Below are positions 57,790 through 64,000 of a DNA stretch of 64,000 nt, in pieces. A program made the position numbers and the translations under genes. A model generated the notes under the pieces. The model saw only the letters and a program-made list of their open reading frames with translations. It ran no database searches and was not told the origin of the DNA. This stretch comes from Thermoplasmata archaeon. GTDB lineage: Archaea; Thermoplasmatota; Thermoplasmata; RBG-16-68-12; JAFNFQ01. Where the stretch lies: contig JBGPQV010000004.1 in the NCBI GenBank assembly GCA_041489255.1, positions 94,984 to 158,983 on the forward strand, read 5' to 3'. Position 1 is the first letter of the stretch. Each line of letters opens with the position of its first letter.

Positions 57790-58541
57790 GGTTCAATCCT
57801 CCCGGTCAATGCGTTCCCTGTCATATTGCGAGCCTCAATTCCGGCTGGCCCCCCGATCAAGCCCCACGAAGTGTCCGCGCGTAGCCCGCGCATGTGATGA
57901 ATCCTGATTTCGCTTCTGAGGTCCTCAGTGAATCTCGCCTCGATCACGCCATCCACAAGTGATCTGAGCAGGTTGACCGTCATCTGGTCATGAACCCCTT
58001 CGTGAACCGCATAAGCTATGAATCCGAGGTGCGTTTTGACCCTCGACGTGACTATCTGCATGAACTTCGAAATCGCCTGCTGCGAATTATGGAGGAACAG
58101 CGTCGATAGAGTATAGAAGAAGATCATGACGGGCGCCTTGAGATCGTTCGATGCCTTTGCCATCGCCATACTAATCCCTTCAAGGTTGGAAAAGCTCGAG
58201 ACCTGGTACATTCTCCTTTTAGGGTCGAGTTCAGGCTTGTCGCTCGATATGGCTGAATAGCAGTCGACGAAGAGGAATGTGCGGCCTTCGAAGGTCTCAA
58301 TATCGAGGCCGATTGCCTTCGCCCGTTCCCTCACCTCCGCCGGGTGGATATCCAATGTCACGAAGGCTACTCTCTTCCCCAGCTCAAGGGACTGTCTCAC
58401 CAAATCCAGGAAGTACTCGAATTTGCCCACGCCTGGGGGACCAGCCAGGAGAACCGAGTAATTGACGGGGAATATGTCGATTGAGGGCGGACCCGACGCC
58501 AATTCCCCAACCGCGGAAGGTGCACTGACGGTCCGAAGCAT
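57786..58541 (-). CDS. KaiC/RAD55-like ATPase (Walker B altered)
   Basis: GPPGVGKF, FVDCYS, IFFYTLST, HMRG. Confidence 0.85.
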   Translation of the reverse strand: MLRTVSAPSAVGELASGPPSIDIFPVNYSVLLAGPPGVGKFEYFLDLVRQSLELGKRVAFVTLDIHPAEVRERAKAIGLDIETFEGRTFLFVDCYSAISSDKPELDPKRRMYQVSSFSNLEGISMAMAKASNDLKAPVMIFFYTLSTLFLHNSQQAISKFMQIVTSRVKTHLGFIAYAVHEGVHDQMTVNLLRSLVDGVIEARFTEDLRSEIRIHHMRGLRADTSWGLIGGPAGIEARNMTGNALTGRIEP

Positions 58542-58658
58542 CTAAGGAGTCGGACTTCGATTTCCGCTTAAGAATGCAATGATGTGGGTATCAGGAGTGA
58601 GAATCGAGTGGTTCTTTTGCGGAAGGGTTTTATCGCGCCCGCCATATCCGCGAGAACG

Positions 58659-60182
58659 ATGTCGCAAGGAGCGGCGGTGAGTCTGAGCTACCTTGAGAAG
58701 CGAGTCCTGCTGACGCTTGGCGAGACAGGAAAAGCTACGCCCGAAGATGTCCAGAAGGCGGGCAAGTTCAGGGAGCTTGTCGAGGTCATGAACGCTGCGT
58801 CCTGGCTGCAGGCGAAGGGGCTCGTCTCGGTCAAGGAGAAGATGGTGAGGTACTACGGACTCGCCAGAAAGCAGTGGGCCACCAAGAACCTGCCCGAGCG
58901 CGTTCTATTGAAGGCGCTGAACAAGCTGCGGGGCTCACCCCCGCTCGATGAGCTCAGGTCGAAGAGCGGCCTCGATGAGAAGGATTTCACGATTGCGCTC
59001 GGCTGGGCAAGGAAGAAGGGATGGCTGTCGATCGATAAGGTCGCCGGTGAGACCAAGGTTACTTTGGCGGACAAGGGGAGGCTTGCCCTCACGGGCAAGG
59101 AGGCGGACGAGGCGCTGCTGCAGGATCTTGGCAAGAGCGAGCTGCCTGAGGAAGCGATCGACCCGCACGTCCTCCGCATGCTCAAAGGCAGGCAGGAGAT
59201 AATCCGCGAGAGAGAGGCTGTGCGGAGGGAGATATCACTGACCGCCGAGGGCGAGGCGATTCTCCGGAAGGGCGTGGAACTCAAGGAGGAGGTCGCCCAG
59301 CTCACTCCGAACCTGCTCTCCACGGGGAAGTGGAGGAAGGTGGAAATCAGGCCCTACGATGTGACCGCTTTCGCTCCGTCCGTCTATCCGGGGAAGCATC
59401 ACCCGCTCGCGAGGTACATCGACAGGGTCCGCCAGATTTTCCTGAGGATGGGCTTCACCGAGATGACCGGAGACTTCGTGCAGCCGTCGTTCTGGGTGTA
59501 CGACGCCCTCTTCCAGCCGCAGGATCACCCGGCGAGGGACATGCTCGATACCTTCTATCTCGAAGGCGCGGGCAGAATGAAGTTGCCCGAGGATTCTCTC
59601 GTAGCCCGGATAGCGGAAGTCCATCAGTCGGGAGGGAACACAGGCTCGACGGGATGGGGCTATTCCTGGCAGAGGAACGAGGCAGAGAGGGCCGTACTGA
59701 GATCGCACACCACGCCCCTCTCCGTGCAATACATCCACGCCCACCCGAACCCACCGGTCAAGGCTTTCAGCGTCGGCCGCTCGTTCAGGCGGGACGCTCT
59801 TGACGCGACCCACTTGCCCGAGTTCTACCAGGTCGAGGGGATAATCATGGAGGAAGCTGCGAGCCTGGGCATGCTAATAGGCACGATCAAGGAGTTCTAC
59901 AGGCAGATGGGTGCAGAGGGGGTGAGAGTCAGGCCTGGCTACTTCCCCTACACCGAGCCGAGTCTGGAGCCGGAGGTATTGTTCGGCGGCGAGTGGATGG
60001 AACTTGGCGGGGCTGGAATCTTCCGTCCCGAGGTCACCGCCCCGCTCGGAGTGAAGCATCCCGTGCTGGCGTGGGGACTCGGCCTTGAGCGGCTCGTAAT
60101 GGCGCTTGAAGGCATAAAGGACATCAGGGAACTCTACCTGAGCGACATCGATTGGCTCAGGAGACATCCGCTCAGACCCTGA
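58659..60182 (+). CDS. pheS: Phenylalanine-tRNA ligase alpha subunit
   Basis: PQDHPARD, LRSHTT, DATHLPEF, YFPYTEPS, GIFRPEV; ATG at 58659. Confidence 0.97.
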   Translation: MSQGAAVSLSYLEKRVLLTLGETGKATPEDVQKAGKFRELVEVMNAASWLQAKGLVSVKEKMVRYYGLARKQWATKNLPERVLLKALNKLRGSPPLDELRSKSGLDEKDFTIALGWARKKGWLSIDKVAGETKVTLADKGRLALTGKEADEALLQDLGKSELPEEAIDPHVLRMLKGRQEIIREREAVRREISLTAEGEAILRKGVELKEEVAQLTPNLLSTGKWRKVEIRPYDVTAFAPSVYPGKHHPLARYIDRVRQIFLRMGFTEMTGDFVQPSFWVYDALFQPQDHPARDMLDTFYLEGAGRMKLPEDSLVARIAEVHQSGGNTGSTGWGYSWQRNEAERAVLRSHTTPLSVQYIHAHPNPPVKAFSVGRSFRRDALDATHLPEFYQVEGIIMEEAASLGMLIGTIKEFYRQMGAEGVRVRPGYFPYTEPSLEPEVLFGGEWMELGGAGIFRPEVTAPLGVKHPVLAWGLGLERLVMALEGIKDIRELYLSDIDWLRRHPLRP

Positions 60183-60204
60183 GCAAGTGATGTGTCGTAC
60201 TAAT

Positions 60205-60795
60205 TCACGCCAGAACTTCTTCTCTTTGCGGTTCCATCCGCGTGATGATATCGGTTGCCAACGCGGTGAAGAGTTCCCCGACATTCTCACCTGTCTTTGC
60301 ACGGGTCATGTACCACCTCGCTCCGACGGAGTCGGCGAATTGCTGAACCTGGTATTCGTCATAGAGGATGATGACCTCGCCCCTGAGATCCGTCTTGTGC
60401 ACCGCCAAAGCCATGGGCACATCGCCCGCCGTGCGCCGAACGCAGCTCAGCCAAGTCGGCAGATTCTCATATGTGGAGAACCGCGTGAGGTCACATACCG
60501 CGAGGATGCCCTGCGTCCCGAAGAAGTAAGACTGACCGAGGTCCTGCAAGAGGGTCGATTCACCGATGATGTCCCATATCGTCGTCCTCACCGCTGCTTC
60601 TTTCCCACCGTCTGATTTCGCGACGACGTCCTTGGCCTGCACCTTCGTTCCCATCGTTGCTTGGTACTCGCTCGAGAACTGATCATGGACGAATTGATGG
60701 ATGAGCGAGGTCTTGCCGACGGCAGCGTCGCCGACGAGACACACTTTGATCTTCATCCGGTTCGACGGCAAAGACACGTAGGCTCGACTTGGCAA
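60205..60795 (-). CDS. Rab-like small GTPase 4 (divergent G4/G5)
   Basis: GDAAVGKTS, YQATMG, WDIIGE, HKTD, TRAKTG; start may be the ATG at 60756. Confidence 0.88.
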   Translation of the reverse strand: MPSRAYVSLPSNRMKIKVCLVGDAAVGKTSLIHQFVHDQFSSEYQATMGTKVQAKDVVAKSDGGKEAAVRTTIWDIIGESTLLQDLGQSYFFGTQGILAVCDLTRFSTYENLPTWLSCVRRTAGDVPMALAVHKTDLRGEVIILYDEYQVQQFADSVGARWYMTRAKTGENVGELFTALATDIITRMEPQREEVLA

Positions 60796-60925
60796 TGTCT
60801 ACGTGAATCTAGTCGCCGCGTTATCAACTGCGAGCATGTTTACCCGGGAATCTTCCATTCTTCTCATTGGCGGCACTCTGGCAATAAGGTTTAAGTGCCT
60901 TCCATTCGTCCCATGCCGGATAAGC

Positions 60926-61423
60926 ATGGCTGGCGTCGAGGAGGAAATGGCAGCAGGGGAGCAGGCCCTCGCGAATCTCGAGTACGACAAGGCCTATTCG
61001 CACTTCGAAAAGGCCACGAAGCTGGATGCGGGCAACGCCTGGGCGTGGTTCGGAAAGGCGGAATCGGCCCTGGGCATGCCGAAGATCGAGCCGGACCGGA
61101 TCGTCGGATTCTACAAGAAGGCGATCGAGCTCGATCCCAAGAACCCGCAGTTCAAGGAGGCGCTGGGAACGCTGCTCGTGGACATGGGTCGGTTCAACGA
61201 GGCGGAGCAGCAGTACAATCAGGCCGCAGAGGCCGATCCGGAGAACGCATCCCAATACTGGCTTGGCTTCGCGGTCGAATACGCCACGAAGGCCCCGATA
61301 GTCATGGCACAGTTCCTCGATGACAAGACGCGCGACATGATCGCGGCCAAAGGCCTCAACTACGCGCTGAAGGCGCTCAAGCTGTCCCGGGACGATGCGA
61401 AGCGCGTTCTCTCGACGAGCTAA
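60926..61423 (+). CDS. TPR-repeat protein
   Basis: YDKAYSHFEKATKLD, YKKAIELDP, GRFNEAEQQY; ATG at 60926. Confidence 0.85.
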   Translation: MAGVEEEMAAGEQALANLEYDKAYSHFEKATKLDAGNAWAWFGKAESALGMPKIEPDRIVGFYKKAIELDPKNPQFKEALGTLLVDMGRFNEAEQQYNQAAEADPENASQYWLGFAVEYATKAPIVMAQFLDDKTRDMIAAKGLNYALKALKLSRDDAKRVLSTS

Positions 61424-61425
61424 GG

Positions 61426-61575
61426 CTACTTCTTGTGTCTCGCAGTCACACCCATGCAGGCGGTGCACACGCCTGTCGCAGCGACGAAGTGAGCCTCGCA
61501 CACCATCCTCCCGCATTTCATGCAGGCGCGAGTGGCGGGAGCATTGCACACAACGCACAGATTGGGCAGCATCAT
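61426..61575 (-). CDS. Small zinc-finger protein
   Basis: CVVC..CMKCG..CEAH..CTAC. Confidence 0.7.
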   Translation of the reverse strand: MMLPNLCVVCNAPATRACMKCGRMVCEAHFVAATGVCTACMGVTARHKK

Positions 61576-61817
61576 CGGGCCCGAACTTGCTCGGCGCTCA
61601 TTATTCTTTCCACCGCGGCGGGTGCAAGTGTCAAGGCAGCACTCCTGTGAGTCTGGACAATGGGCAATCCCACCCCGAACCCGTCGATCCTCTATTGTGT
61701 CTCGATGGCTACAATCGCTGTCCGACCAAAGAAGACTCATCCTGGGTCGGAACAGAGCTGGTCCGCACCCGCAAGGACATCGACCGCCTCTGACCGGGTT
61801 TCGACCAAATGCTTGCG

Positions 61818-62257
61818 CACCTTCTCCCGACGGCTATGGACACCGCTTGAATCGGCATGCATCCCGCCTCGATGGTTGCGGACACTCCCGCGATTGGCGA
61901 CGATTCCGCCTCGATCGGCGGTGAACCGAGCAGTGTCGGGACGGATGTTTCCTCGATCGGAATCGACCTCTCCTCGTTTGAGGAGGACCCCTCCTACGTT
62001 GAGGAGGATGTCGTCCCGACCGTTACGGACCCTGTCTGCTCCGGACAGACTCCTCCTCGGTCGAGGAGGATGCCGTCCACATGTAGGAGGATTCTGTCCG
62101 CGTCGGGGCGGACTCCGTCCCGGTGTAGGAAGACTCCATCCGCGTCGGCCCGACGCGATAGCGACCGTCCAGGCACCCGCGCGGGCGGGGACGGACCTCG
62201 CCTACGTCTAGGAGGACCCCGTCCCGGTGTAGGAGGATTCCGTCCCGGATGTCCACT
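61818..62257. repeat. Degenerate 21-bp tandem repeat tract
   Basis: Units such as GACCTCTCCTCGTTTGAGGAG, GACCCCTCCTACGTTGAGGAG, GACTCCTCCTCGGTCGAGGAG, GACTCCGTCCCGGTGTAGGAA, GACCCCGTCCCGGTGTAGGAG. Confidence 0.75.
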
Positions 62258-62417
62258 CCATGGAAACGATTGAGCAGCATGCCGCAACGGCGCAGGCAAA
62301 TGTCATCTATGTCGGGTTCGTCTGAAGCTGCGTCGTGTGGCGGGAGACATTGAATTGCCCGATTCGAGGAGACAGGGACTTCCAGACTGCCTTGACTTCG
62401 CAGCATTGCGAGGAGCG

Positions 62418-63311
62418 TCAGGAAGGTTTACGGCGCAACTCCTCGAGTGTCGTTACCCTCTCCGCGAACGCGTTGTGCTTGTGAATCGACTCCTCGCTCT
62501 CGCTCCGGACCGAAACCTTGACTTCGGCGGGCAAGGCCGTGAAGCGATCCACCACCTTCGCGAGGACCTCTCTGACCACATCCTCGACGAACCGGGGATT
62601 CTCGTGAGCGTGCTTGACGAGCATGCCCTCCTCTGGCCTCTTTAGAATCTCGAATGTGGGCGAACTCACGGATGACTCGACTATTTCGATCAATTCGTCA
62701 GCATCAACGTCCTTGCCAGGGGGAGCATCCACCATCAGGCTGGTGATATTTCTCTGGTTGTGCGTGATTGTCGGCAGGCGCACTGGGATCTTGCCGTACT
62801 CCGCCTCCAGGTCGCCCCTGATGGTTTCCATCGCGCACGGGCAGGCGGTCATCCCGACCACCTTCACCCCTATGGCTTTGCAGACCGACATCGGCTTGTT
62901 GCGGTGGGCCCACGCCTTGGCGACGAGCTCGTATGGCTCGAGGCTCTTCCTCCCGCCAGGACCGGTCCTCTCAAGGAAGTATTCCGCCCTCGCCCACACC
63001 TCAGACTGGGTCGCATAGCTGTGACGGTTCAGCAATTCGACCGCGATCTTCTCAGCGGCGAACTCGAGGCCCGGCATCGGAGACCTCACGCTCTCGTTCA
63101 CTATCTCCGCCACTATCTCCAGATTCCTGGAGAGGTGACTGCCCTTCTGCGAGGCGGGCAGATCGACAAAGATGTCGAAGGCTGCAGTAAGGGTCAGTGA
63201 TTTCCCCGCGCGCCGGATTCTGACCGGTTTCCTGACGTCCTTCACACCGACCTTGGTGAGCTTGAAGGAGTGGCGTATCTTCCTGTTCTGCACGTCTGCG
63301 GGAATCGGTAT
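62418..63311 (-). CDS. mptA: GTP cyclohydrolase MptA/FolE2 family
   Basis: DVQ, KGSHLSR, GMTACPC, THNQR, NPRFVED, ESIHKHNA; start is the ATA at 63311 or the GTG at 63293. Confidence 0.92.
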   Translation of the reverse strand: MPIPADVQNRKIRHSFKLTKVGVKDVRKPVRIRRAGKSLTLTAAFDIFVDLPASQKGSHLSRNLEIVAEIVNESVRSPMPGLEFAAEKIAVELLNRHSYATQSEVWARAEYFLERTGPGGRKSLEPYELVAKAWAHRNKPMSVCKAIGVKVVGMTACPCAMETIRGDLEAEYGKIPVRLPTITHNQRNITSLMVDAPPGKDVDADELIEIVESSVSSPTFEILKRPEEGMLVKHAHENPRFVEDVVREVLAKVVDRFTALPAEVKVSVRSESEESIHKHNAFAERVTTLEELRRKPS

Positions 63312-63386
63312 CGCCTATCACTGTGCCAATGATGGGACGCACTTAAACATTGCCAAAAACCTTACCGAGATCCCTTGAAGCGGATG

Positions 63387-63809
63387 TCACGGCTCCCCAA
63401 TCACCTTCACGATTACCTCCCTCTGCCTCGGCCTGACGTCGAGCTCGACGAAAACTATCTGCTGCCATTGCCCGAGGCTCAGCCTCCCACCCTCGAACGG
63501 AATCGTGATGCTCGGTCCGAGGAGTGCGGACCTCACATGGCTGTGACCGTTGCCGTCCCCCCACTTCTCGTCGTGGCGGTACTTGGCATTCTTGGGTGCG
63601 ATGCGCTCGAGCGCTGCCGGGATGTCCGACAGGAGACCGGGCTCGTACTCGGTCGTCGTGACGGCGCAGGTGCTGCCGGGCGTGAATATGCAGGCGATGC
63701 CGGACTTGAGCCCGGTCTCGCTCACCGCCGACCCGACCTGGCCGGTGATGTCGATCATCTGCACCTCTCCCCTTGTGCTGAACGTGATTTTCTTGGAATG
63801 GATGCCCAT
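63387..63809 (-). CDS. yjbQ: YjbQ/UPF0047 family protein
   Basis: IDIT, EYEPGL, NGHSH, LGQWQQI..ELD; ATG at 63809. Confidence 0.9.
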   Translation of the reverse strand: MGIHSKKITFSTRGEVQMIDITGQVGSAVSETGLKSGIACIFTPGSTCAVTTTEYEPGLLSDIPAALERIAPKNAKYRHDEKWGDGNGHSHVRSALLGPSITIPFEGGRLSLGQWQQIVFVELDVRPRQREVIVKVIGEP

Positions 63810-64000
63810 TGGCTCACCGGTGGCGGTAGCGCCCGTTCGGCTCAAAACACTTTGTGGCGTCTCTTATCCCGTAATCAGTTTCCATTTAAAGATATCCCTC
63901 CCAAAACCACGAGTCGACTAAGCCGAAGATCCGTTCGGGACGAAGCTTCCAATAGAAGTCGTGGAGGGGGGCCCTGCCGTCAAGACTCGAGTGAGGCCAG

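Noticed and set aside
49942-58541. Circadian clock (KaiABC) or archaellum FlaH locus
   Set aside because: The ATPases are single-domain, and no kaiA/kaiB or archaellum/pilin genes are adjacent
61818-62257. Possible CRISPR array
   Set aside because: Units are tandem and degenerate with no unique spacers, and no cas genes are in the window
61660-62406. ORFs called across the repeat tract
   Set aside because: Low-complexity, mutually overlapping and frameshifted; none is convincing as a gene

Overview
Archaeal chromosomal window. Gene content and protein sequences suggest Thermoplasmatota/Thermoplasmata (inference, not searched). 0.2-14.1 kb is the L3-to-SecY ribosomal superoperon on the minus strand, preceded by a structured candidate leader RNA. 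Next come a CPA2 antiporter, a GNAT protein, three tandem Rab-like small GTPases (a fourth lies at 60.2 kb), aspS and a tetraether synthase-ferredoxin-geranylgeranyl reductase cluster. A rearranged patch at 24-30 kb holds an 11-bp repeat array, a DUF6266-like gene, two gene remnants and a large SBBP/CARDB surface protein. After that lie a transcarboxylase-like biotin operon, a MetE-like protein, a large S8 protease, a coiled-coil KaiC-like protein, L18e-L13-S9-rpoN-tRNA-Pro, endonuclease IV-like and hxlB genes, and trpS. A ten-gene KaiC/RAD55-roadblock-MglA-like GTPase-DUF835-ASCH signalling operon sits between trpS and pheS. The window ends with a degenerate 21-bp repeat tract, mptA/folE2 and yjbQ. 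The best candidate novel system is the KaiC-roadblock-GTPase operon, possibly together with the Rab-like GTPase expansion in a non-Asgard archaeon. All family assignments come from motif recognition only; no database searches were run.
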